A stretch of DNA of 64,000 nucleotides from Hyaloraphidium curvatum SAG 235-1. Its lineage: Eukaryota > Fungi > Monoblepharomycota. Positions 44,030-54,575 of the stretch are shown here, piece by piece (position 1 is the stretch's first letter; each line of letters starts with the position of its first letter). A model generated the notes under the pieces. It worked only from the letters and a program-made list of their open reading frames with translations, was not told the DNA's origin and made no database searches. The position numbers and the translations under genes were made by a program. The stretch covers positions 62,001 through 126,000 of the forward strand of contig JAIVFI010000009.1 in assembly GCA_025558095.1 (NCBI GenBank), read 5' to 3'.

Positions 44030-46063
44030 CTAGATCGCTATCCTCCGCGGCAAAAACGCCCGCACCACCATCTCCGCCTCCCCCAGATCCACATCCGGCT
44101 CCGCGTTCGCGGCGCTCTTGTGCCGGTGGTCGTACGCCCAGAACCGCAGCAGCAGATCCTGCCCCGCCCTCTCCTCCGCCGTCAGCACGTGGTCCAGGTC
44201 GCCGTTGAGCAGCGGGGAGAAGGAGTGGTACCGCAGGACGTACGAGACCTCGGGGGGAAGATGCGGGGCGAGGCGGAGGTGCGCGACGTCGTCGTGGCCG
44301 AACTGCGTCTCGATGGCGGCCAGCCCGCGGCCGGCGAGGGAAGCGAGTGTTTCGCGGGATGCGGGCCGGCCGTCGACGAACAGGGCGTCGTTGGTGCACA
44401 CCACGTTTGCCGGGTCCTCCCCGTCCAGCAGCGCCACCTTGCCGACGTCGTGGTACAGCGCCAGGAACAGCAGCCGCGGGTCGGTCACGCCGTCCTTTTG
44501 CATGGCTTCGAACACCTGCAGCCCGTGGACGTACCCCGACAGGCCCATGAGGGAGTTGTCCGAGTCGTCCGTGACGTTCTTGAGCGCGAGGAAGGCGTCC
44601 CACGGGTCGACGTCGGGGCCGAGGGCGAGCCGCGAGGACCATTTCGCGCGCAGGGCGGCGATGGAGGCGGGGGTCTGCAGCCGGTGGCGGTCGTAGATCT
44701 CGGCGGCGCGGGCGGCGAATGCCTGCTGCTCCGCGGGGGGCAGGCGCGGGGGGTTGCGCCGGGCGGCCTGTTCGATGACTTCGCGCTGCGGGAGGTCCGC
44801 AGGGTTGGATTGGGCGAGCACGAGGGCGGCGCGGAAGGCAGCGGGGTGGGTGGTGGTGTTTGCGGGGGCCGGTGCCGGGCCGCCGGAGCGGGCGAGGCGC
44901 AGGGCATGGGCGGCGCGGTGGCCCGGGGCGGCGGCCGCGGCCCAGTAGTTCGTTGATTTCTCGGCTCCGCCGGGGCGCAGTTTGTCGAAGGAGCGCGTGT
45001 CCGTGTGCACGATGGGGGCCGCGTGGAGCACCGCGCACGGGTCCACGGGGCGGTCCAACGCAACATTGTGGTTTTCCACGTACGAGGGCAGGGTCTTTCG
45101 GGGCACGTCGGTGTTGAGGCCCATCGGGCCGCCCGTGGCGTTGGCCGCCAAGGCGGCGACGAACTCGGGGTTGGGCACGCGGCGCGAGCGCACGGGGAAT
45201 GCGGCGGCGCGGGGCAGCGGCTCGCGCTCCAGCACCGTGCGGTCCAGGTAGTCCGCCGCCGCCGAGCAGAAGACATGGTCCATCTTCCTGGCCGACGCCA
45301 GCGCCGCCTCGGGGACCGGGGAGAGCACGGTGCGGTGGCAGTGCGCCCAGAACCCGGCGGTGAAGAGGGGCGCCATGACCTCGACGATGAAAGCGGGGCC
45401 CACCTCCCATGTGGCAGTGCGGCGCTCGTCGGCCCACAGGTGCTGGAAGGGCGTCTGCTGGCGCTCCGCGGCGGGGTGGCGCGCGATTGACGGCTGCGAG
45501 AGCGGCGCCCGCGAAAGCAGTGCCGAGGCCAGCATCGCCGAGAGGTTGAAGTTGTCGCGCCCAAAGGCCATGTCCGCGTCCAGGCACCAGACAAAATCGA
45601 ACGACGAGGCCAGCTGCGGCGTCACCGCGGCCTTCCAGAAGGCGGGTTTGCCGACGGGCAGCTCGTACGTGCCGGCGACGAGCTCCTCCACGCGGGCCTC
45701 GTGCACTGCGATCTCGAGCGCCTTTGCGGCGGCGGGGCCCTCGAACGAGTTGAGCGCGAACCGCACCGCCGTGCCCCTGTACGACGCCATCTGGGCCACG
45801 AAGGCGCGGCGCTCGGCGTGCGGCACGGCGGACGCGATGAGCACGCGGATCGGCGGGTCCATCGGCGGGGCGGGAGGGTTCGTGGCGGGGCCGGGCAGCA
45901 CGTCGGGCAAGCGGGGCGACGTTCCCCCCGGGACGGCCCCGCCGAGCAGCAGCACCGAAGCCGCCAGAAGGCACGCCGCCGCGATGGCCCGCCCGGCCGG
46001 CGGCCGCGGGGAGCCCATCGGGCCCTCGCAGCGCGCAGGGGAAGGCCAAGGGATTGGACCCAT
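44030..46063 (-). CDS. Fusion protein: signal anchor + DUF707-like (GT-A-type) domain + myo-inositol oxygenase-like di-iron HD domain; start at 46063 or 46018; intronless
   Basis: FDFVWCLDADM...SQPSI...VEVMAPLFT (DUF707-like); DDSD...VHGLQ...YHDVGK...FGHDD...RYHSF...AYDHRHKS (MIOX-like). Confidence 0.8.
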   Translation of the reverse strand: MGPIPWPSPARCEGPMGSPRPPAGRAIAAACLLAASVLLLGGAVPGGTSPRLPDVLPGPATNPPAPPMDPPIRVLIASAVPHAERRAFVAQMASYRGTAVRFALNSFEGPAAAKALEIAVHEARVEELVAGTYELPVGKPAFWKAAVTPQLASSFDFVWCLDADMAFGRDNFNLSAMLASALLSRAPLSQPSIARHPAAERQQTPFQHLWADERRTATWEVGPAFIVEVMAPLFTAGFWAHCHRTVLSPVPEAALASARKMDHVFCSAAADYLDRTVLEREPLPRAAAFPVRSRRVPNPEFVAALAANATGGPMGLNTDVPRKTLPSYVENHNVALDRPVDPCAVLHAAPIVHTDTRSFDKLRPGGAEKSTNYWAAAAAPGHRAAHALRLARSGGPAPAPANTTTHPAAFRAALVLAQSNPADLPQREVIEQAARRNPPRLPPAEQQAFAARAAEIYDRHRLQTPASIAALRAKWSSRLALGPDVDPWDAFLALKNVTDDSDNSLMGLSGYVHGLQVFEAMQKDGVTDPRLLFLALYHDVGKVALLDGEDPANVVCTNDALFVDGRPASRETLASLAGRGLAAIETQFGHDDVAHLRLAPHLPPEVSYVLRYHSFSPLLNGDLDHVLTAEERAGQDLLLRFWAYDHRHKSAANAEPDVDLGEAEMVVRAFLPRRIAI

Positions 46064-46097
46064 TGCCGCCCGCCTACCCGCCAATCCCCGGGAGGCC

Positions 46098-47558
46098 ATG
46101 GGACCGGCCATCGTGATCCTGGGGGCGGGCCCGGCGGGCCTCGGTGCCGCCTCCGCGCTCTCTGCCCTCGGCGACGCCGCCCCTCCCTGGCTGCTCCTCG
46201 AAACCTCGGACTCCCCCGGCGGCCTCGCTTCCACCGACGCGACCCCCGAGGGCTTCTTCTTCGACCGGGGCGGCCACGTGATCTTCTCGCACTGCCGCGA
46301 ATTTGACGCCGCGCTGGACGCCGCCCTGCCGCGGGGGGAGGACTGGCGGTGGCACGCGCGGGCGTCGGCGGTCCGGTGCAATGGCAGCTGGGTGCCGTAT
46401 CCGTTCCAGAACAACGTGGCGGCGCTGCCGGAAAAGGAGAGGGAGGAGTGCATTGCCGGGATGGTGGAGGCGCTCGAGGCGCGGCGGGAGCGGGAGAAGG
46501 CGGGCAAGGCGGGGCCCCCAGCCGATTTCGACGAGCTGATCCTGCGCACCATGGGTCGCGGCATCGCGGACCTCTTCATGCGCCCGTACAACGCCAAGGT
46601 GTGGACCGTGCCCCCCTCCGCCATGTCGTGCTCCTGGATCGGCGAGCGCGTGGCGGTCCCCGACCTCGCGGGCGCGGTGGCCGCCGCGAGGGAGGGCAGG
46701 CTGGATCCGGGGTGGGGACCCAATGCGCGGTTCAGGTTCCCAGCGAGGGGGGGCACGGGGGCCATTTGGAAGGGGGTGGCGGGGAAGTTGGACCAGAGGA
46801 GGGTGAGGTACGGGTGCCGCTTGGTGCGCGTTGACACCGAGGCCCGGAAACTGGTGCTCGCCGACGGCACTTCGCTCGGGTACCAACGGCTCATCAGCAC
46901 GGTACCGCTCGACACCCTGGTTGGGATGCTCCACCCCCCGCGCCCGGACCTCTCCGCCGCCTCCTCCCGCCTGGTGCGCACGACCGTGCACGTCGTCGGC
47001 CTGGGCATCCGCGGCCGCCCGCCGCCGGAGATCGCCGCCGCATGCTGGCTCTACTTCCCCGACCCGCAGGTGCCCTTCTACCGCGCCACCGTGTTCTCCA
47101 ACTACTCGGAGCACAATGTGCCGCCTGAGGAGACCTTCCTCCCGACCCTGATGGTCGCCGACGGCTCACCACCCGACCCGGAACCGCGCCCGGGACCGTA
47201 CTGGTCCCTCATGCTCGAGATCCCCTCCCTCCCCTCCTCCCCACCCCCGGCGGACCTCATCCCTCGCGCCGTGTCCGGCGCCATCCACACCGGCATCCTC
47301 CCCCCCTCTTCCTCCCTGGTATCCCTGCACTCCCTCGCCCTCCCGCACGGGTACCCCGTCCCCACCCTCTCCCGCGACTCGGCTCTGGAAACCGTGATCC
47401 CCGCGCTTGCAGATTTTGGGATCGCGGGGGTCGGCAGGTTCGGGGGGTGGAGATACGAGCTGGGGAACCAGGACCATGCGTTCGGGGAGGGGTGGGCGGC
47501 GGCGCGGGGGGCGGTGGAGGGGATGAGGCGGGAGGCGGGGCCGATGGAGGCCGGGTGA
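46098..47558 (+). CDS. ugmA: UDP-galactopyranose mutase, eukaryotic type (FAD); intronless
   Basis: ILGAGPAGLGAA, GGLAST, FDRGGHVIFSH, VPYPFQNN, MRPYNAKVW, WGPNARFRFPARGGTG, PFYRATVFSNYS, GRFGGWRYELGNQDH. Confidence 0.93.
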   Translation: MGPAIVILGAGPAGLGAASALSALGDAAPPWLLLETSDSPGGLASTDATPEGFFFDRGGHVIFSHCREFDAALDAALPRGEDWRWHARASAVRCNGSWVPYPFQNNVAALPEKEREECIAGMVEALEARREREKAGKAGPPADFDELILRTMGRGIADLFMRPYNAKVWTVPPSAMSCSWIGERVAVPDLAGAVAAAREGRLDPGWGPNARFRFPARGGTGAIWKGVAGKLDQRRVRYGCRLVRVDTEARKLVLADGTSLGYQRLISTVPLDTLVGMLHPPRPDLSAASSRLVRTTVHVVGLGIRGRPPPEIAAACWLYFPDPQVPFYRATVFSNYSEHNVPPEETFLPTLMVADGSPPDPEPRPGPYWSLMLEIPSLPSSPPPADLIPRAVSGAIHTGILPPSSSLVSLHSLALPHGYPVPTLSRDSALETVIPALADFGIAGVGRFGGWRYELGNQDHAFGEGWAAARGAVEGMRREAGPMEAG

Positions 47559-47788
47559 GGAGGGCGGGAGGGGATCAGGGCGGATGCGGGTATCCGAGCA
47601 GATGCATGTTCTGTATTGAATAGCGATGATGGATTGATCCACGAACGAAGAAGCGTGATCAGATCCGAGGTTGATCCGTGGACGACGTACGGACGGCCGG
47701 CCGTGTGCCGCCAACCGCGAACCGCACGGGCCAACCGCCCCAACCGTCGCCCCGCCGCGCCCGGCACGCGCCCTGATCCGCCGCCGAA

Positions 47789-49439
47789 ATGCACCTCTAC
47801 GGCGGGTCCGCGCCGCCGCCCGCGCCGCACGCGCGAATGCTGTCGCTGCTGTCGGCCATCGGCGAAACGACGCCCGCCGCGCAGCCCCCGCCCGCACGCG
47901 CCCACGCGCACGGCGAAGGCCCGAGACGCGCGGGAAACGGGCACGCTGCGGAAAGCGCCTCCGGCGGGCCGCGGCAGGAGGCGTCCAAGCCCAGCGGCCC
48001 CCCCGCTTCGGGCGTCCAACCCGCCGCCCGCACCGCCCCCGCGCCCCACTCGGATCCCCGGCCGCGCCGCACGCCCTCGCTCATCCGCCCCCCCGGCCCG
48101 CCGCATGAATTACCGAGGACCCACGGGGGGGCGGGAGGGGACGGGTTCGTGGGCGAGGCGGCGTTCGCGGGGGCGGGGATGAAGAGGCGCAAGAGGAGGG
48201 GGGAGCCGGGGGATGCGAGGCGGTGGTGGGTGGCTCGGGCCGGCTGTGATCATCTGGGGCATTGCGGAGTTGCTGACGGGGAATTTGGGCAGGGCGTGTC
48301 CCGAGCCGGGCTGCTCGAGCGTGGGTTTCTCGCCGCTCGTCTCTCTGCGCTCCGCGTCCCAACTGATCTCCCCTGCCGATTTCCCTCCAATTTGCCCCTC
48401 GACCCGTCCCCCCTCCAGTCCTTCGAGCGCCGGTACGACCTCGAGCGCCACTCCTGGGTGCACCGCGCCGACCGCCCGTTCACCTGCAACGACTGCGGCA
48501 AGGCCTTCATCCGGCAGGACTACCTCAACAAGCACCCGTGCCCCGGACCGCTGGCGCCCGAGCAGGCGGGCAAGAGGCGGTGGGTTCTCGTCGCGTGCGT
48601 TGCAGGGTCGGATCGGGCTGATTTCGGTGGATGCGGGCAGGAGGAAATCGGCGCCGGCGGGAAGGTCGCCCGCCGGTCTCTCGCCCGCGTCGGGGTCGGC
48701 GTCGCCCCCCGTGCGCCCCGCGGCGATCGCCAAGCCCGGGCTCGCGCAGGCGGCGTCGGCGTTCACATCGCGGGCGACGCTGTTTGACGGGCCGGCGGAC
48801 GACGGGGAGGAGGAGGGGTCGTCGGACGTGGATGACGACGGGGAGGTAGAGTACGACGCCGAGATGGACGAGAGGGAGGGGGCGCGGATGGAGGTGGTGG
48901 AGGTGGAGCGGACGGAGGACTACAGCCGGCGCGCCTCTCTCGAGCCCTCGGACAAGCAGGCTTTCGACCCTCGGCGCGGGATCCCCGCTCCCGCCCTCCC
49001 CACCCCGCAACCCATCAGCACCCCGCGCGACCTCCCGACCTCGCACCTCCCCGCCATCCGCCTCCCCTCCCCCGAGATCGCGATCGCCCCGCGCTCGCGC
49101 GCCTCCAGCACCGCCCGCTCCCCCCTCCAGGACTTCCTCCTCTTCGAGCCCCCCGTCCCCACGGACTTCCCCGCCCTCCTCGGCACCCCCCACCCGCGCA
49201 CGCGCTCCGCATCCGGCAGCCCCCTCGCGGCCCCGCAGGGCGATCACCCCCACGACGCGATGGCGTGCGCCGCGCGCGCGCGGGACCTCGAGGAGCGGCT
49301 GCGCGCCTCCGAGGCGCGGTGCCAGCAGCTCGGGGCGCTGCTGATCCAGGCGCGGAGCGAGGCGAGCGCGTGGAAGCAGAGCAGCGCGTACCACCAGCGC
49401 AAGGCGGCCGAGGCCGGGGTTGGGGAGGGAGCGAGGTGA
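47789..49439 (+). CDS. C2H2 zinc-finger transcription factor with acidic region and C-terminal coiled coil; about 3 introns
   Basis: CPEPGC.|SFERRYDLERHSWVH, linker RADRPF, CNDCGKAFIRQDYLNKHPC. Start and exon boundaries approximate. Confidence 0.8.
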
Positions 49440-49690
49440 TCGGGGCGCGCGGGGGGATCTGGGGGAATCTTGGGGTGGCGCAAAAGGGTGATGCGGATGG
49501 AGAGAGATGATACCGTTATTCCTTGATGCTGTACAGCGGTTTCCTAGCCCGCCGTTCGGCGATTGGGTGCTCCGACGGGGTGCACCGGCACCGCGCTGGA
49601 CCCGTGAACGGCCCACCACCACCCCACGGACTCCCCACCGCCCCCGCGCCGGCTTCCGGCGGCCGATGCGGCGCGCGCCCCGTGCTTAGG

Positions 49691-50916
49691 ATGGCCAAGT
49701 TCGAGCTGAAGCTGCCCGCGCTGTTCGGCGGCGGCGGCGCGCCGCCGGCCGGCAAGCGCGCCGCGCGCAAGGGCCCGCGCCTGCCGCGCGACCTCCCCGT
49801 CGCAAAGTACCCGCCCGGCCTCAGGGGGAAGATGGCCAAGGAGGCCGTGCAGGGGCTGGGCGAGCTGATCGGCACCGTGCTGTTCCTGTTCTGCGGCTTC
49901 GGCGCGCTCGAGTCGGCCGCGACCATCGAGGCAAACGCCGGCATGACCAACCTGACCGTGGCCTTCGGCTTCGGCATCGGGCTGCTCGTCAACTGTGCGT
50001 GCCTTTTTTGCCGCCCCCGGGCCCGCGTGATGGGCACGCCCTGACCTCCCCGCCGCACTTCTAGGCTGGGTCTTCTTCCGCTTCACCGGCGGCCTCTTCA
50101 ACCCCGCGCTCACCTTCGCCGTCTTCGCCTCGAACCCGCGCACCTTCGGCTGGCGCCGCTTCATCATCTACACCGCCGCCCAGCTCGCCGGCGGGATCGC
50201 CGCCGCGGCCATGGCCGACGCGTGCTTCCCGACCAACAACGTCGTCACGGTCAACTTCCCCGACAACGGCACGACGGCGGGGCAGGCCACGGTGCTCGAG
50301 CTCATCGGGACGTATCTGCTCACGAGCGTGGTGCTCATGGGCGCCGTCGAAAAGAGCAGGTGCGACGCGCTGCCCTGCCCGCCTCCTCCGTCCCGATCCC
50401 CAACGCCCACCTTCCTCCAGGGCCACGTTCCTCGCGCCCCTCGCCATCGGCCTCACGCTCTTCGTCGTCGTCCTCATCCTGAACCCCTTCACGACCTCGG
50501 CCATCAACCCCGCCAAGGCCCTCGGCAGCGCCGTCGTCTCGGGCTTCTGGCTCAACCACTGGGTGTACTGGGTCGGCCCCTGTGTGTCCTTTTCCCTCGC
50601 TCCCTCCCGCTCCGGATCCGCTGACCGTTCCCCGTCCGTTTCCGCAGACTCGGGCGCCCTCCTCGCCGTCCTCTTCCACACCGCCCTCCGCATGCTCGAC
50701 TACCAATCCATGAACGGCGGCGTGGACGACTTTGACTTCACCGCGCTGCGCCCCGCCGAGCCCGGGCCGGGGGAAGACGAGGACGAGCTGATCGCCCCCG
50801 AGGCGGACGAGGAGGCCGACGCGGAGCCCAAGGCGCGGCAGGCGGGGCAGCCGGGGAAGAGGGAGGCAGGAGGGGAGAGCGCGGTGGGGCTGCTGGATGA
50901 TGCGGCGGAGGCGTAA
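49691..50916 (+). CDS. Aquaporin (MIP family); 3 introns
   Basis: ELIGTVLFLFCG, TGGLFNPALT, LELIGTYLL, LAPLAIGLTL, SAINPAKALG, HWVYWVGP. Confidence 0.92.
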
Positions 50917-51327
50917 GGGGGGGTGGAGGATGTACAGGGGATCGGGAGTTGGGTGCTATATTATGCCGCGTTCACAAGTCAACCTGGGCTGGGGGGCTGG
51001 CCGTGGGGCGATTGAGACACCGGTATGCTCCGATGGTAGCGCGGCGGCCGTGTTGCCTTGATCCGCGAGGGCGGCCGTCTCTTGGGTTGGTGGGAGGTGT
51101 CGGGATTTGCGTGCAGGCGATCTGGGTCCGCCAGGGAAACACGCGGAGCGTAAAAACAGCCATCCAAAGCGTCTTGCATGGCCAAATATGCTGGCATTTC
51201 CTCCCTTTTGCCTGTTTGGCGCACCTTGGCGTCAGCACCGGTTTAGGCCTGTGCGAGCATCCCAAAACACCGCCTTCGGACCCCCGAAGCGCCGAGTAAA
51301 CACACACCTCCGAGCCATCCGCCCGCC

Positions 51328-53084
51328 ATGTCTTCGCTCGCCGAAGTCGCATGCGAGCCCGCAGAACCAGCGCCGAAGGTGCCCGAGCCGGGTTTGCAGC
51401 CTGCGGGGGCGGGGGTGCGGCTCCGGAATTCCCGGCTGCTCGCCGACGAGCTCGCGCGGCTCGAGGCGGAACGCCTCGGAAAGCGCATGGGAGGATCGGA
51501 AGGGTCTCTGCTTGAGATTGGGACTGGCAACGTGTCGGAACTTAGCAAGTCGGCCGGCGGGGACGCCGATGTGCCCGCCAGAACGCCGTCGGCCGAGCGC
51601 AGGCGGTGCGGCATGCGCGGCACGACGTTCGACGCGGCCTACCTTGGACTGTGCTTCGCATGCCTCTTCACAGCATGGAGCGTCACCCAGAACTTCCTCA
51701 CAACCCTGTTCCCCGGATACGGCTTCCTCTCGCTGGCCCTCATCTTCGCCTCCTTCGGCATCTCCTCCCTCCTCGCGCCCACCCTGGGCCGTCTCCCGCC
51801 CATCAGCGGCGACCCCCGCCTGGCCATCCTCTTTGGCGGCTCCCTGTACTGCAACGCCATGCTCGCCGTCGCCTCGGGCAGCGTCGCCTACCTCCTCGCC
51901 TCCTCCGCGCTGGCCGGCCTGGGCGCCGCGATGGTCTGGATCCACCAGGGGGTGTACATCGAGGCCGTGGCGAGGAAGAGGGCGGCGGCGGATGCGGCGG
52001 CGGTGGGGGAGGATGGGCCGGAGGGGGCCGAGGCGCGGCTGAGGAAGTCGGTAGGGGAGGCCGCGGGGACGTTCTGGCCGCTGGTGGCCTTGGCGGGTCT
52101 CTTGTGGGTCAAACGCTGCTTTGCCTGCACTTTCTGTCTGTCCTGACGGCTCCGCTTTGCCATCACAGGGGGAACAGCGTTGGCCTGATCGTGCTTTCGA
52201 GCGGGGCAAACTCGTCAACCATGATTTGGACGTTCTTCGGGATCGGCCTCGGCGCGCTCGTACTGATGTTCTTTGCCAACTCGGAGTACCGGGAGCACCG
52301 AAGGATTTTGGCACCACAGGCCACCGAGAAGCAGTTCTACGGGCAGAAGCAGCTGCCGGAGAAGCAGCTCTCCGAGAAGCAGCTTGGCGTGGCGGTGCCT
52401 CCTCCCACCCGCCGCACGGGGGACTTCGCGGACCTCTTCGCCTTCCTGCGCTCCAAGCTAGCCCTCCTGACCATGCCCATGTTCATCATGCAGGGCTGCA
52501 CCGCCGCCTTCAACGGCGGCGTCATGTCAAGCATGGTCGGCCTCGACGGCGGCGGGCCAAAGACTCTGACCACATACTACCTCATCCACGCCGTTTGCGG
52601 TACCATCGCAGCCCCCACCACCTCCCGCATTTTCCAGATCCGCGGCGGATGGACCTGGTGCACACTTCTGTGCGCAGTGGCGCTCGCCGCCGAGCTATCC
52701 CTCTCCATGCTCATCGTCGCCGGCCGCTTCGGACTCCCGGGCGACTCTACCCGGCACTCGGTGCTCCTCACCACCGCCGTGGCCGCCGGTACCTTCGACG
52801 CCTCCTTCAACGCCCTCATTTCTTGCACGATCATGAAGCTCTCGCGGGACGGCCCGCGCCCGCTCGTGGTGTTTTCCGCGTACCGCGCCGCATCGTGCCT
52901 GCTGGGTTTCGTGCCGGTCAGCGTGGCGGCGACGCTCACCAGGCCGCACGGGGACGGCCTGCCGGGATGGTGGGCGGTGCTCGAGGCGTGCATCGGGGGG
53001 TGGTTCGTGCTGTTTGCGGCGACGTACTCGGTGTTGAACTTGCGCGGGAGAGGGAGGGTGGCGCCTGGACCGAGGTCCGCTTGA
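51328..53084 (+). CDS. UNC-93-like MFS transporter; intron about 52104-52168 (alternative start at 51614)
   Basis: LGLCFACLFTAWSVTQN, GFLSLALIFASF, GLGAAMVWIHQGVYI, |GNSVG; about 10-12 TM segments. Confidence 0.82.
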
Positions 53085-53564
53085 TGGAGGCGGGCGCCTT
53101 CATGGGGCTGCGCTGGGGAGGAGTTGCAAGGCGCGAAGTGGTTCAAAGTGCCGTCGTGCCGAAGTCCAGTCATGTACTATTGCACAGCATCGTATCAATG
53201 TAGATGTTCATTTCGCTGGTGGTCTTGCCACGACCGGCTGTGGTCTTCGACGTGGGTTGGAGTCGGACTGAAGCACTTCCCTCGATCCACTGGATATGCT
53301 CATCTTGGACGCGGACGCACGGGGCGGCACAAACAGAGCAGATGAAAGAGAGAAAGAGATCTAGTGGGTATCTACATCTGTGCGTGCGGCCCGAGGGCGG
53401 CAAGAGTTCTACGCGGAGATGTGAAGAAGAAGGTGCCCGGAATCCGGGCTCGCGGCGGCCCACACTACTGGGTGCCCGCATCGGCCCGCGATGTTCAAAC
53501 AATGTCTGTGGTGGCGGCGGCAGCCCGTCCGAGGAGTCCGGCAGGGCCGGCCAGGGCCGGGGGC

Positions 53565-53803
53565 TCAGTGCCCGGCGATGGCCTTCGCCGGCTGCTGCTG
53601 CGCCGGCTTGGGCATGTCCGGCCAGGAGACGTGCATGCAGCGGTCCGCGGGCTTGACGCTGGCGGCGACGCCGGCGACGTGGCGGCCGCAGCCTCCCCCT
53701 GGGGTCGGAGAAAGTGTGAGCGCCGGTCGGGGAAGCGGAGCAGGGACGCTCGGCACTCACAGGCGGTCTTGTGGCAGTCAGGGCAGGTCGTGGGGAAGCA
53801 CAT
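53565..53803 (-). CDS. 58-aa Cys/His microprotein, second intact copy
   Basis: Same two exons and intron as 41442-41680, in reverse orientation. Confidence 0.83.
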
Positions 53804-54061
53804 TCTGAAGGGCGAAGAGGTAGGCAGGCTGAGTCGGTCGTTTGGAAGGTGGTAGATGCAGAGTTGGCCTTGCGCGGGGGTTTATGTAGGGTGCCGAGCA
53901 AGCCGCGCTGACCGAGCCGGATTTGTAAGCCGAGCATCCCGGCCGGCCCGACGTGCCGAACCGCTCCCTTGGCAAGCCGCCAACACCTCAGGCCCGAGCG
54001 TGGTGATGCCAACGCACCGCAAAAGACATGCCAAGCTCGATACAGCGCCGTGGCTCCTGCT

Positions 54062-54360
54062 TCGATGCTTCGCGGGCTCCGCGGTGGTTCCTTTCGCCGC
54101 CTCCGGAGGCAGTTCCGGCCAGCTGACGTGGAGGCAACGGTCCGAGTCCTTGATGCGCGCAGTGACCTGCGCGACGTGCCTGCCGCAGCCTTGCCCTGAA
54201 GCCGTCTGAAGAGGGAGGGCCCGAGCAGAAGGCCCATTTTGGAAGGCAGGGAGGGGGGAATGGGGTCGGCTGTCACTTGGCGCGCCAGCGCGGGAACGGC
54301 GGAAAGCTCCGACCCACAGGCGCTCTTGTGGCCAATGGGACACTGAACGATGTAGCATAT
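54062..54360 (-). pseudogene. Divergent microprotein paralogue with damaged start and lost stop
   Basis: CYIVQCPIGHKSA|WQGCGRHVAQVTARIKDSDRCLHVSWPELP...KH. Start reads ATGCTAC rather than ATGTGCTAC, and CGA sits where the paralogues have TGA. Confidence 0.7.
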
Positions 54361-54575
54361 TGATGGGAGCTAGCTCCTCTCCTTATTCAACCTACAGTTC
54401 CGGCGGCGGCAGTTTGGTGTGCGCAAATCTGCTGACTGTGCGCAGCCCCGACAACAACAACCAGCAGCTACCGAGAGCTAGAGGACTGGAACGCTCCGCA
54501 GAGCCCACGAGCCAGAAGCCGGTTGCTTCATATGGCCGCTTCGAGAGCAGATAGCCGTCCAAATTCTCCAACTTC

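Noticed and set aside
46064-47008. 5' extension of the 992-aa ORF and of the 742-aa UGM ORF (mutual overlap)
   Set aside because: Each extension is the antisense of the partner gene; recognisable protein features begin only at the ATGs near 46018-46098.
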